Shown: in pieces, positions 22,760-35,956 of the stretch
How positions within the stretch are numbered: position 1 is the first letter of the stretch
How the letters are laid out: every line of letters begins with the position of its first letter
Origin: Malacoraja senta
Taxonomy: Eukaryota
Assembly: GCA_038087875.1 (NCBI GenBank)
Contig: CM075977.1
Coordinates: 84,506,001-84,570,000 of the forward strand
Length of the DNA: 64,000 nucleotides
Reading direction: 5' to 3'
Position numbers and translations under genes: made by a program
Notes under the pieces: generated by a model
What the model was told of the DNA's origin: nothing
Seen by the model: the letters and a program-made list of their open reading frames with translations, nothing else
Databases searched by the model: none

Positions 22760-23630
22760 TCCACTTAAACTGCCAAACTTAACGGAAAATATCAACTGGG
22801 GAGAACTTGAAAATTTGTACAGTGTGGATGAAAGCTTGTTTGAACACAGGCATAATTATAGCCTTAGCCTTGGTGACTGGACTAATTACTGGAAGGATGT
22901 AGATAGAATGTTTGCACTGCTTAAGACTTTTTCTGGACACATTAAAACTTCTGAGGCCATTGCGCTAAATAAGGGCGGGACTCTTGATTTGAGCATTGAC
23001 ACCACAGCACTGGACATGGCACCAACTCCATTGCCTATTTTTGGAAATGTGTTCTCTACTGAGCCCGAGGATGAATCTAGTGGCACGACTGTATGGGAGG
23101 CAACAGAAGCACAACCTGTTGTACTTGCTGACTCTGATGGTACAAATATGAGCACAACCATTACAAGTGGTGAGCGTCCACAGGAGGAAGCAATAAACAA
23201 CAATCATATACCCGATAAGCATTTATCAAACACTGAATGGTGGCAACATAATCGGACAAAACAGTTGACAAAGGAATGGGGGGAGCTGGAATATGACCAC
23301 GGTTTCAGTGGAAATGGACTGGTGGAAATGGAAACCAGAAATAGCTTCTTTCTTCAGCAAAGTGCCACATTTCCGTCACCCAGCATCCAGAATGAAGTGG
23401 AGGAGAAGGAGGACATATTTGAAGGCAAAACATATCTTCCTGTTGGCTCTATGAGCCACCTTTATTCCAGAGCTTTCACTGTTCCTCGAGAAACCAGCGA
23501 CAACGAGAAATTGGCAAACGTCCAGCTTCAGGAAGAGCCTGAGAACAGTGGCGAAGGAGGACAAGAGAGCTTCAGTACAGAAGGCAGTGCCTTGCCCCCT
23601 CAATCCTTTCATCAACTCACAGCCCATTGA
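22729..23630 (+). CDS. SULF1: SULF1 terminal exon, alternative frame: 300-aa C-terminal tail EDSYGMDGKVNPLKLP...HQLTAH*, used if the 34-nt exon is skipped
   Basis: Longest ORF in the window (part of track ORF 22659-23630), non-repetitive. The phase-1 G at 9603 plus AG at 22729-22730 gives GAG (Glu) exactly in this frame. AATAAA follows the stop. Confidence 0.78.
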
Positions 23631-23663
23631 TTATTTATTTGGAGGTCAACCATAATCTTTCAT

Positions 23664-23669
23664 AATAAA
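23664..23669 (+). terminator. Candidate SULF1 polyadenylation signal AATAAA (a further ATTAAA lies at 24957-24962)
   Basis: Hexamer about 34 nt after the long-frame stop, followed by U-rich sequence; no transcript evidence. Confidence 0.4.
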
Positions 23670-25129
23670 AGTTTTATTTGATGAGGTCAAAACAAAGCAC
23701 ATTCCATTTCCATAGGAGGTATATTTCATAGCAGCCTGGCGATTGTCAGAATATCACTCACATTATTAATATCATCCGGAATGAGGGAACAAGCTGATAT
23801 TCTTCTTAGCAATGTAATATTTTGCAGTCATCTGTATAACTATGTATTTAAATATTCAGTGTTGTGTCTGGAATAGACATGTCCTAAAGTCCTGTGAAAC
23901 ATTCTTGAAACCTCCATTGGCTGTTCAGTATGTACTTGCTTTAGCTTGTACTTTATTTTTGCCAGGATCTGTGACCAGTCCATTCCAAAAAGCTCTCAAC
24001 ATCCACCTTTTACATGACAGATGTTGAGTACTGTCAGTGTTTTCCTCTCAGTAAATATATTGCACTTTCAAAATTCTTCACAAAACATTTACAAATATGG
24101 ATGTATTAACAGTGCAGAGCATTGGTTCAGTGAGTTTCCAGCTGGTGATTTCAGTTGTAATGTGTAAAGGAAATCTTATTCTGTGTTCTTCATGCTGTAA
24201 CTTGCTCTCACTTATCAATTGTTTCACCTAAAAATATTTAGCATTGTCCTTATTTTTTGTCTTAGTGTCTTTTTTTTTTTTACCTTGGCCTGTATTGAAT
24301 TTCTTCTTTAATGAAGGAACAATATGAAGCCAATGTATTGTATTTTGTTTCAAGTTATAACTTGTTCTCATTATTTCCCACAGAATCTTAAAGGGGTATA
24401 ATCTTTGTGAAAAATTTGTGCTGATCTGTCTTTTTTAGAAACAAAAATGAGGAGGAACAGCGGTCACTTTTACCTAGACAGCGTTGAGTGCAACGGTCAT
24501 AATGATGCACTTTCAATGAGATTTACATTACCATGTGACAGATGGATTACTAGAAAGTTTTGTGTAATTTCCATGAATATGGTGCTCCTTTAAGATTGAA
24601 ACGTAGGCAAAATTGCTTACAATGTACTTGATGTGTAACTGTTTTGATAAATCTGTTTATAGTTTGAATGGCTCGTTTAGCACGATCCTTAGATTCAGTT
24701 GCATGAAGTTTATATAATCTGTGTAGGTTTTTACAGTGGTCACAGATGTTTCTTTTTTTAAATGGTGGTAATGCCACACATTACCAAGCCAATGTAATCA
24801 ATGTGCATAGGTTGGAGACATCAGACTAGTGAAATTCATGCTATGTTCTTTAAAAGATAAAATTTGTAGCAGTGTTTTATTTTTGTCTGTAATTTACACT
24901 GGCCATATTATTTACTGGTAATTACCTGTTGCTTGTTTCTGGATAAACATGCAGTGATTAAACCACAATGCTTAAACTTGCAGTGAGAATGTAAGTGTTA
25001 TTATTGATACAGAGTACCTTCACCAACCTCAAAATTGAATTAAAACACCATGAAGTTAACAACAGTGTATGTTTGATTATAGTTGCCCTGTCATAGCTAA
25101 AGACTTGGTTACTATGTGCAAGAAGATAT

Positions 25130-26260
25130 GCTGAAAACATTTGGACCGACCCCCTGCAAAACACTACTAGTCACCGGCAGCCAACTAGAAATGGCCCCCT
25201 TTATTCCCACTCTTTGCCTTCTGCCAGTCAGCCAATCTTCTATCCATTCTAGTACCTTGCCTCTAATACCAAGGGCTCCTATCTTGTTTAGCAACCTCAT
25301 GTGCGGCATTTAATCAGCCCTTTGAAATTACAAATAAACAACATAGATGACTCTCCTTCGTCTATCCTGTTTGTTAGTTCCTCGAAGAATTCCAACAGAT
25401 TTTGTCAGGCATGATCTCCCCTTCCCAAAACCATGCTGTCTCCGGCCTATTTTATAATATGCTTCCAAGTACCCCAAACCCCCATCCTTAATAATGGACT
25501 CTAAAATGTTACCAATCACTGAAGGCAAACTAAGCAGTTTATAATTTCCTTTCTTTTGCCTCACTCCCTTCAACCATCTACTTGTGACACCACTTTCTGA
25601 CAACTATGTACTTGTACTCCTGCATCCCTCTGCTCCACCACACTCACCAGGGTCCTACTATTCACTGTGAAGCTCCTCCTTGGGTTTGACTTTCCAAAAT
25701 ATAACAGCTCACACTTATCTGAGCTAAATTCCATTTGCCATTCCTTGGCCCACTTGCCCAGCTGATCAAGATTCTGCTGTGATTCTTGATAACCATCCTC
25801 ACTGTCTGATACCACCTATTTTAGTGCAAACTTACTAATAATGCCTTGTACATTCTCATCCAGATCATTGATATGATAGCAAACAGCAATGGGCCCATCA
25901 ATCTCTGAGGCACACCAATGGTTAAAGGCCTCCAACCTTCCACCACCACCCTCAGTCTCCTGCCATGACGTCAATTCTATTTCCAGTTAGCCAGCTCTCC
26001 CTGGATCCCATGCGATCTAACCTTTCAGAGCAGCCAAGCAAAACCTTATCAAAGGCCTTGAAGTCCATATGGACTATGCCCATGGCCCTGCCCTCATCGA
26101 CCTTCTTGGTTACATCTTCAAAGAATTCAGTTAAATTCTGAAATAATATCATCCACGCACAAAACCATGCTGACTCCCATATCAACCCCTGCCTACCTAA
26201 TGTAGATATATCTTATCCCTCAGATTCCTCTCCAGTAACTTTCCTTCGGCAGATGTAAGG
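25130..26260 (-). mobile_element. Degenerate CR1 RT fragments (at least two pieces)
   Basis: Minus-strand peptides GIRGKVLEWIEDWLTGRRQRV, QHGFGKGRSCLT, KWAKEWQMEF and DFKAFDKV. Confidence 0.85.
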
Positions 26261-29200
26261 CTTACCTGCCTACAATTTCCTTGTTGCTTTCTTTGTAGCA
26301 ATTCTTAAATAGAGGCACAACGTTAGATAATAGCCCTATTAAATACATATAAATGGAATTTACAATCCTTCCTCAATTCGATAAGAATTAGAAAATGCAT
26401 CATTTACAAAAAATATTGACTTCACTTAAGGCACTCATTCAAATCACTACAGCATTTGCACCAAATCACTGCAGCATTTGCACCTACAGCACACATAATT
26501 AAAAATATTTGTATGTGTGCATTAAAATATGAACCCAATCATTTAAGAGCCAATGATTCACTTGCATGCAGTGGTTTAAGTTCTACCAGTTTTAAATGTT
26601 AACCCATTAACTTTATTAGGCAAGGAGAAAATTTGCCAAAGCTGGTAGTAAAATTTAAAAAACATAATAAGGCCCAGAAATGTTTCATTATCAGGAATGG
26701 TGCATTAAATAGCGTGTCTGTGACATTCCACGGCAAATTTTCCCCAAGGCTGGAAAATTTGGATTGAGCAAAGCAGGTTGGTCACATTTCTGGGTGATAT
26801 GTCATTTGCATGGCAGAGCCTCAGGAGATGGGGCTCACAGGGGGAGGGATGATCACCCATTATCCACTGGCTGAAGAGCGAGACTTCAAGTGTTAAGTCA
26901 GTGAAATATGGAATGATTGTTGTAGGGGTTGACCTCACATAGCGGAATGATGGAAGGGTGGGGTTTGGTGGCCTAAAATACAGTATCATTTAGGACAGAG
27001 GTACCTAGAGCAGTTCACAACATCAGACTCCATGGGGTGTTCCCTGCTTGGTCAGGCTGTCTATAATTTACAATGAAGCATGCCTGACACGTATGTTGTT
27101 GAAAGCCACTGGTCAGTCAGTAGACAGCCACAACAATGTTTTAGTGTACCAGGCACATTGAGAATCTGGAAGGCAAATTGCAAACTTCCCAGTTTCAATA
27201 AACAAAAAGATTCCTCTTCTAAAGTCGATCACCAAGAACTGCTCAGAAGGCTTGTTTGCATTAATAGCAAGAAAGGATGGGGGTGTAACGTTGATACTGG
27301 ATCACTATTTTCTTGGTGGTAAAGCCTACCATTTTGCCAAAATGCCTTAGTCTGTCTGTCTGCTACAGATTTTAACTGAGCTTGTACATTTTTGCAGTAT
27401 TTGCTGATTTAATCCCTACACTTTTTTTTTACCACATGCAATATTTACAAAATGAAGGTCCAAAATGAAGAACCTACCCTGCTTTACAACATTCTCTCAC
27501 TAGCTATTATCATGCCATTGCTTTGGTCATTTGCCTAGATGGATTTGTGATGCCAGTGTGGGATTTGGTGGGTCAGTCTGGGAGCTTGTGCAATGAAACT
27601 CCTAACCAGAGTTAGACAATTGAGTGAGAAGGTTCAAGTACCAGTTGCATACATTGGTGTACTGGAGAACAACTATGCCTATTATTTCCCAGCAGATGAC
27701 ACTGCCTGTTAGTAATGGCAATTCAGAAAATGAATCTGCACATTTTGTCAACCTTTATGGTGTAATTGACTTGGATCTTGAGGATAGTTACACTACATCT
27801 GCAAAATCGACCAAATTAATTGGAATGAGAACCAAGCCATTACTAATATTCTCCCCATGTCCCAAGTAATTGAAAGTATCTATTTTGGGTGGTTAGGAGA
27901 CTATGTCATCAATATTGAACTTCATAACAATGTGAAGTCTGAATTGTCATAACAGTCTGAAGAAGGGACCCAACCCGAGACCTCGTCTATCCATTCCCTC
28001 CACAGATGCTGCCTGATTCGCTGAGTTACTCCAGCAATTTTGCATTTTTCTCGAGATTCCAGCATCTGCAATTAATCGTGTCTTTCTAACAAAATTAATT
28101 GACAGAGACCTCCAATGTTTAAATGTACAGAGTCACTGCAGAAATCTGGAACTATTGTCAATTTTATTTTGAACTGATGCCTTCTTTAAATTTGAAGTCA
28201 ACAGAAAATAAATGAATTGAGTGAACTTAATTTTATTTAATAGACATTTCTCACTATAAATGCCCTGTAGGTTTTATGCAAAGTCCTCGTGGTGTATGAA
28301 ACCCCAATGGTTGCTAATCACCTCTCTCAAGTCCTGATATAAAAATTGGCAATGTCAGAATGCGATCCCCCAGAATCAGTTAAAAATCAATAATTTTGAA
28401 AATGATTGTTTTACAAGGTTGCTAATATTTAAATCTCTACTGTAACCCCATGCTTATGCACCAATATTTATATGACTTTCTGAAAACAGATTTAAAAGTG
28501 AATTGCATTCCATTCATTTTACTTCCTGCTTTGCCGTGATAATTTTTTCAATCTGATTGCTTAATCGGGTTATTTGTTGCCATCACTCGCTAAACACCAC
28601 GGATCGAAATGGATGGTATTAAATTCAAGGTCACATAAATGTATGGGAAGCTACTTCTCTCGAGTCTTCTGAGCCAAGCTAATCAGTTCCGGTAATGTTA
28701 GCTAAAGGTTAAATATGGACCAGTAAACCCTGCTGCTTGTCTATAAAATCATGCCACAAGATTTTTGAGAGTTGTACCTTCTCCGTGAACTGCTAGAAGT
28801 CAAAAACTAGAAGAAGCTTGTCTTATAAATATAGCATCAATGTTTCCAGGTATATTCAGATTCAGATTCAATAGTATGTTAATCATACATCAAATACAAC
28901 ACATCGTGTCCCCAAGTTTTCAACTGCATATTTCCATTCGAACAAATCAAACATGGACTATATTATGTCATCTGCATGGACTTTTATTATTGACAGTGTA
29001 TCAAGCATTTATTGTAAACAGGTTGTTAACAATCATAATGATTACTGGCATTCCTGATAAAAAAGAAAGCATTTCACGGCTTCACAATACTGTCATTATT
29101 ACTACATCTGAAATAAATACAAATGACCAATTATTTAGAAAACTCAAATATTGACTACAGTATGTTCCAAAAACAAAAGGACCTCAAATGACCAGTCACT

Positions 29201-31819
29201 TCTTGCTTCTTTGTTTATCACACGCAACCCCGTATACATCCAATACAATTGATGCAATAGTTTATAAATACAGTTTAGAAAAGTACAGGTCGACTCCTGT
29301 TTCCATTGAAAGTTCTCATCTATGGATGGAGGAGATGGCCTCTGCTGCTAGAGGTATCAGATTGGTTAAAAATTCCTACTCCGAAAATCACGTAGGAATT
29401 TAATTTACCTGCACTCAATGAAACTTACTTTCATCCATGTAGTCGCTGAGGCTTGAAGAGTGTGCTTGAGTAGCTGGTCTTAGCCAGCAGTACATATACT
29501 ACAGTGTTTGGACTGAGGACACCAGGTTCCAAGTTCAGGTTGCTGTACGGAGATCCTGACGGAAATGTTAAGTGTGTCAGGATGGGGTTGGCCTCAGCCT
29601 CGGAGGCCCTGCTGGTTGAGCAACTTGCCATAGTTCCCTGTCAATACCCATTCATCCAAGGAGATACCTGAGAGGAGCAAGCGCTCATCAAATCTCAGCA
29701 AGGATTCCACACCTTCTGTGTGGAAGGATAAGCATAATGTCATCAGAGACAATCTGGCAAGAACAAATATGTAACCAGAAAAATAACTACTGTAGAATTG
29801 CTGGCAGAGTTAATCCTACATATATAATGCAGCCCATGGCCATTGGCCAAGTTTCTTTCTGTAAATGATTACAACTCTTTTTCTTGTCAGACCATGTTCC
29901 TCTAAATCACAGCCATAAATGTAGCCCAACTGAATGTCAAATGGCCATGTGAAGAACAGGATAACTTGTATTAATAGTCAGCTGAAGGAATCAGTTGTCT
30001 TCAGCTGCCCTTTTACCGTAGTCCCAACTGCTCAACCTTTTAGTTAGATCCTGATATCAAATGTAGATTTCCACCAAATTCAGTGTTTTATCAAAATGCA
30101 ACCCATCACTCTTTAAATATGGATAAATACACGGCAGTAACCCAATGGATTTCTGTGAATTTTAGGTCAGTCATTTGCCTCCACACACACAGTATAAATA
30201 CAACAGCATTAGGATTTGCAATTAAGTGTAGTTATGCCATCGCATTTTGATTATTTGATTTTGAAATACAGTTTTTATACACAATGAATATAAAGTGAAG
30301 GATCAAATAGTTTAAATCTGATGAGAGTAAAATGTAAGATATATGTCCATTATTACATATAGCCTGACCATCAGGCTATGTGGACAGAAACACACACTCA
30401 AACCCATCTTTGTAGACGAGAGCAATGAGAAAGGAAATGTATAAATAGAAGATTCATAGCCACATAAGTTCAGAGTACAAAGCTGCAATTATATAGCAAT
30501 ATGGTAGAAATCTGTCCTCAATCTTTTGTCTCAATGCATTATATTTTACTCTATATCTGAAATTTGTCTGAGTTGTTAATTTCAATAGAAGCAGATTCTG
30601 AAGCAGCACAACGCACAGATGCTACAGTATTGCATGACTAATCCAAACAACTGAGTACAAATGGCAATGTCAAGACGTCTTTGCAATCGGAGTAGAACTG
30701 TTTGCCAAAGCCCCCCTTATCCCCCCCCCCCCCCCCCAAAAAATTAGATCTGACTATCCTCTACAGTACCTACCGGTAAGATCTAAACTGCACAAATATG
30801 AAAAGTATCTCCAGCTTTTAGAATCTATGCCGACATGAACATATTAGTTAAATACTCGAATGCAAAGTACATCAATGAATTTGAGTGAGTTTGTGTGATC
30901 AAGTAAAATCTGTGCAAAAGTGCAGACAACCTATCAAGATGCAAAGCAGGTTTAAGATGTGCATATACCTGGAACAGTGATAAATAAGCAGGAAATATTG
31001 AGTTTGTCTCAGTTATATTGTACATAATAACAAAAGGTTTGCGATTATAAAATAAAACATTGCAAATATATCACATTTCAATCCAATTGTTTTTTCAGCT
31101 ATTAAGTGCAATATGTGTTCTTATCAAATACTATTCTATTTGCTCTGTGTTCAAGTTAAAAATCAAGTCATTATTGATAAGTCGCAAAACCCTACAAAGT
31201 ACTTAAATATGTTCACCAATACTTCAATGAAGTAGCTGGAAAGGAGGTCAAACATAGCTGTCCCTGCATTTCGACATTACAGTTTCATTCTCATACATGA
31301 AAAACAAATCACTTAATTTCAGCAATTGCTTTTAATACAATTGAAAGACTTTTTAAAGGTATCTTGAGTATGTTGTGTTTTCAGTGTAAGTGAATAAAAC
31401 CACTCCTCATCCTGATCTAAATTTAGCAATTGATTTTGCAAAACTAGCTGATGAAAGCTTACTATGCCCCTGTGACATTCTTTACTTAAAGAAGCTAAAC
31501 GATTTAAAGTCAGCACCTTGACATCTATGTTGAAGTGTATCTACTAACATAACCAATGTTTAATACTAACCCTAGGAATTAAGGCTAGTGTTTGGACGGA
31601 GGATAGTGAATAATCCACCAGGCTCCAAGTTCAAGTTGCTGTTATTAAAAACATCCTGTCATGTAATATTAAAAATGTATATTAGAAACTGAAAGTATGA
31701 TTTCACATTTTTTTATGTGAGGAAACAGATTTCATGATAAAAGTTGTGACAGACTTGTTCTTGTTTTTCAACTTGTTACAACATGAATTGTATTAAAATG
31801 CATTATCACATTATGTCAC

Positions 31820-32330
31820 ACTGTGGTGTGGTACAGCTTGTGGAGACACTGCCTTGCGGCGCCAGTGACATGGGTTCAAACTTGACCTGGGGTTTACGCA
31901 TTCTCCCTGTGACTGCGTGGATTCCCCCCCCCCCCCCCCCCCCGGGCGCTCCGGTTTCAACCCAGATACTGAAGACGTGCAAATTGGTAGATTAATTGGC
32001 CACTGTGAATTGCCTCCAGTATGTAGCTGAGTGGTAGAATCTGGTGGGGTTGTTGATGAGAATAATTGCTTTGCTGGTTAGGGCACTGGAGTGAGAGAAG
32101 TGCCTACCCTGTATTGTCTATTTTTCAGCACAACCGGGTCTTCTGCAGGAGGCTACAAACAAATGGGGGATGATATCATGTTTGTTGACAACAGGCGTAA
32201 ATGGCTCCCTGAAAATGACTTTGTTTGGAGCTTTATGGGAATTTCCAGTTGTAAAGTTTGTGTAAATGGGAGGTTGATGCTTGGCACAGACTTTGTGAGC
32301 TGAAAGGATTGTTTCCGCGGTGCTCTAAGC
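31820..32330 (+). mobile_element. Degenerate, interrupted V-SINE
   Basis: tRNA-like head ggtggtacagcttg...gggttcaaa, V-domain, and 3' end at ~32255-32330. Confidence 0.6.
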
Positions 32331-32946
32331 TTAAAAAATAATTTAAGGTGACAAAAATATTGGCAAACATTTTATGAAATCAGTGTCATTTAGTTGAGCT
32401 GAGTAAATACCTCATGATTGGTGTGAAAATATTCTGGTAAATGTATTACTGATGGAACTATGAGACTAATTAGTCTTTATTTAATACATGTGGGGAAGGC
32501 GTTAAAATTCAATGCACAAAACGCAAAAAATGTTGTTTCTGTGAAGCATAAATTAAAATAAAATCAGAAAATGCTGGAAATGCTCAGCAAGTCAAGTAGC
32601 ATCCATGTACAGAAAACCAGATGCTACATCTCAGCTCAGAACCGTCTCTATATTATGCATACGTTGGGCCCTTGGGCTTATTTCCATGTTTTATAACTCT
32701 AAAGCTCCATTGGAACTATCTCTCTCCCTCCAGATGCTGCTGGATCTGCTGAATATTTCCAGCACCTGTTGTTACTTTAGAATTAAATACAGCTCTTTCA
32801 TAGATACAGAATGGACACATCAGGGATCAACATCTGATCTTATTGTGTTGAGTCCATTTTTGGTCTCCTGTGATCCCTGGCATATAAATGAGGGGGTCGA
32901 CACAAAATGCTGGAATAACTCAGCAGCATCTCTGAAGAGAAGGAAT

Positions 32947-32982
32947 GGGTGACGTTTCAGGTCGAGACCCTTCTTCAGACTG
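32947..32982 (-). ncRNA. Minimal type-I hammerhead ribozyme motif within a Penelope-derived repeat
   Basis: Minus strand reads cagt-CTGAAGA-a-gggt-ctcg-acct-GAAA-c-GTC-accc: both core boxes, a stem II tetraloop and a palindromic ACGT stem III. Confidence 0.6.
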
Positions 32983-33609
32983 TAGAAGGATCTCTAAAGT
33001 CATCTAGCTTTCTCAGATATCCAGGGCATACCATTCCCACCCCAGCCTCCATGAACCTTCCACAAGCTTTGTCACCCATACATAAAGTCTGATGCACACG
33101 GAACCTCCCTCTAAGCATCCGGTTATTCTACTGCTCCTGTCTCAGCAATGAACATTTATTATTTACCGCTAATTCAGGTTGTATGTTACATGGCTGAATA
33201 AAACTGCCACCTAGCATCAGGCAACCGAGTGGCCCCATCTGCACATCTCTAATTGCCAATCATTCTGACATCTGCATCACTGCAGATGGAAAAGGCGAGA
33301 GATGTTGAGGCCATCTCTGGTTCTCTCCCTCTTCCTGCTGTTCCACTTTGTCTTTTGCAAAGAGGGAAGGAAGAGATATGAACCGTGAGAGTCACGGACG
33401 GTATTGGCTGTATGAATGATGGGGGCGACAGTGGCTGCACAGTTGAGACGTGAGGAAGTAATGGGCGCATGTTCAAGGTCATTTTGTGCAATGGGGAGAG
33501 GAGGGATGGGAGTAAATTTATGGGCAGAGTAAGAACTATCATAAAAAACCCATTAGGTTGAAGGTTCATGAAACACTGCGCTCACCTTTCCTGGTCTGAT
33601 GCGAACTCA

Positions 33610-33945
33610 AAGGCATAGATAGGATAGATGGTCAGAACCTCTTTTCCCAGAGTGGAATATCAAAGATTATAGCTTTAAGTGAGAAGGAGAAAGTTTAAAA
33701 GAGACTTGTGGAGCAAGTTTTCTTTTACACTGAGAGTGGTGAGTGCTTGGAAGGTGCTGCCAGGGATGGTGGTGGAGGCAGATAGTGGCATTTGAGAGGT
33801 TCCAGATAGGCACGTGGATAAGCTGGGAATGGTGGGATATGGATCATGTGTAGGCAGGTGAGATTAGTTTGTTTTGGCATTATGTTCGGCACGGAGATTA
33901 CGGGCTGAATGGCCTTTTCCTGTCTTGTACTGTTCTATGTTCTTC
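33610..33945 (+). mobile_element. Degenerate CR1 3' fragment
   Basis: ggatagatggtcagaacctc...gagagtggtgagtgcttgga...gggctgaatggcct. Confidence 0.7.
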
Positions 33946-34864
33946 TCGGTATCAAATCCAGTGGCAGGAAACCATGCTGCTGCTGCCCATTCCTGTGATT
34001 AGCTTCAGTCAGGCCTCCTTGGACTTACTGGCAGCCTTCCTTTTCCCAGTGGCAATAATTATCATGCTTCTCTGAGCATTGGACCCTCATCATGAGTTAC
34101 GAGGCATCCTGAGTTCTGCATCCTGCATTTTCTGTGCACCCAACTCCGTAATCCATCAAATGTTATGTCTGCAACTGATGGAGTTGAAACTGAATCATGC
34201 TCCATCTGCTCAATCTTATCGATGGAGAAAACCCAAAAGAAAGAGGTTATTGCAATAGCTTAGTAACAAAGCAACAGATAAACGTGCTGCAGAAACAGGT
34301 GAGTTTGCTGGGTGTCACTGGACCCTTCTGCCTCCATAGCTGTGCAGCAATAACATTCGGCACTCAGTATCAATACGTTGGATTACACACAGTAGTACAG
34401 TGGGGATACACATGCATCAGAGCAGCAATAGCTTAACATTGTACAGTCATTTCCAATTACTTTAACTGGTACTATCCTTTACTTGTCCCATGCTAAATAA
34501 CCAGCTGACATCCTACAGATCACAGTATTTACTGAACAGAAACATAGAGAGATGTTCAAGATACAAGGTCTGTCAGGATCTGAAAGAGACAAGCTAGCAT
34601 TTCAGAACTTGGAAACCTGCAGCTGAAAATTTATTTATCTTTCATCTTCACAGATATGGATAAATCTGTTGTTTTCAACTATCTTTGTTTGTAGTTCTTT
34701 TCACAACCATTCCCAGCAGGGAGTGACAGCAATACTAGTTGTTGCTGCATTGATGTTAATGTTCGAGATGAAAAGCTTAAGTGGATTCTGAGCATAGATG
34801 AAGCTTTTCTGAATTAGGTTATTGCTGCCACCTACTGGTAAACACTCGAACCTCTAGAATCTCA

Positions 34865-35375
34865 TGGGCCTGTCCCACTTAGGCGATTTTTTCAGCGACT
34901 GTCATAGTCGTAACAGGTTGCCGAAAAACCGGCGACTGGACCCTCCCTACGACAATGTCTACAACAACCTACCTCCTAGTCGACGTCAAGCTACGGCAAG
35001 TTACCGACAACTGGCGACCATTAGGACATCCACCTACAACCACACCTACGACAACCTACGTCCACCCGCGACAAGTTACGACAAGGTAAGACAATTCAGT
35101 CGCCGGTACCTGTCGCTGGTTGACGTAGGTTGTCGCCAATGGAAATCACCAAAGTCAGCACCAGCGACAACCTACGTCATCCTAGTGACATAACCTACAT
35201 CAGGCCACAATCGTTGGCGTCAAGCCCACGACAAGCCCACGGGCGCCAACAAGTTTTGGAACATTTCAAAATCCAGCGTCGACCAGAAAAAAGGTACGAC
35301 TCTTTGGGCGATACCCCAGCGACCATGTGGCGACAGCCTAGTTGCCTAAAAAATCGGCTGAGTGGGTCAGGGGCA
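34865..35375. mobile_element. Harbinger-type MITE with internal cgacaacctac-like repeats
   Basis: TIR tgggcctgtcccact with a degenerate partner agtgggtcaggggca; flanks tca and taa. Confidence 0.8.
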
Positions 35376-35744
35376 TAAGTCTCCTGCTCATCCTGTCAGT
35401 GCTGACGGTACAAGCATGTTGATGTTACACCAAACAGAAACAGAAAACGGCATAAGTCTGCAAATTGACGGTCAAAATCTGATTCAATTTTCCAACCTTT
35501 GCAATATTTTTAACTCACTGTTACAAAGTGCTAGAATTTACTGTCTTGCAATATGTCTCACGAGATGTCTCATATAAATATGTATGTTCAAAGGTGCCCA
35601 TTTGCACACAATGTATTAGGCGAAATTGGAAATAGCGGGTTAGATTTTAAACCTGCTGCCTGATTGCTCCTTATGGAAGTCATCATGGTAGCAGGCTGGC
35701 AGATCCTGTTAAGTAGAAAGACCTCAGTTTTACCTCAACACTAT

Positions 35745-35947
35745 CAAGAGAGAGTTAGATAAATATCTTAAAGATAGAGGAGTGAAGGGATATGGGGAGA
35801 AGGCAGGAACGAGTTACTGATTGTGGATGATCAGCCATCGAAGGGCCGAATGGCCTACTCCTGTACCTATTGTCTATAAGTTATAAATGTTCCCAGTTTG
35901 GATCTTGGAACAGGGAGAACTTTCTAACGCATCACCTCAGACAGGTT
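35745..35947 (+). mobile_element. CR1 3' fragment carrying the same extra ~70-bp 3' segment as the copy at 3914-4465
   Basis: gggatatggggagaaggcagg...ctattgtctataagttataaatgttcccagtttggatcttggaacaggg...acaggtt. Confidence 0.8.
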
Positions 35948-35956
35948 AAAACACAA

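Noticed and set aside
22886-23627. Minus-strand ORFs of 83-105 aa opposite the SULF1 tail
   Set aside because: Antisense shadows of the + strand coding frame, with no independent support.
34940-35200. CRISPR-like or coding repeat array
   Set aside because: Irregular short internal repeats of a MITE in a eukaryotic genome, with no fixed repeat-spacer period.
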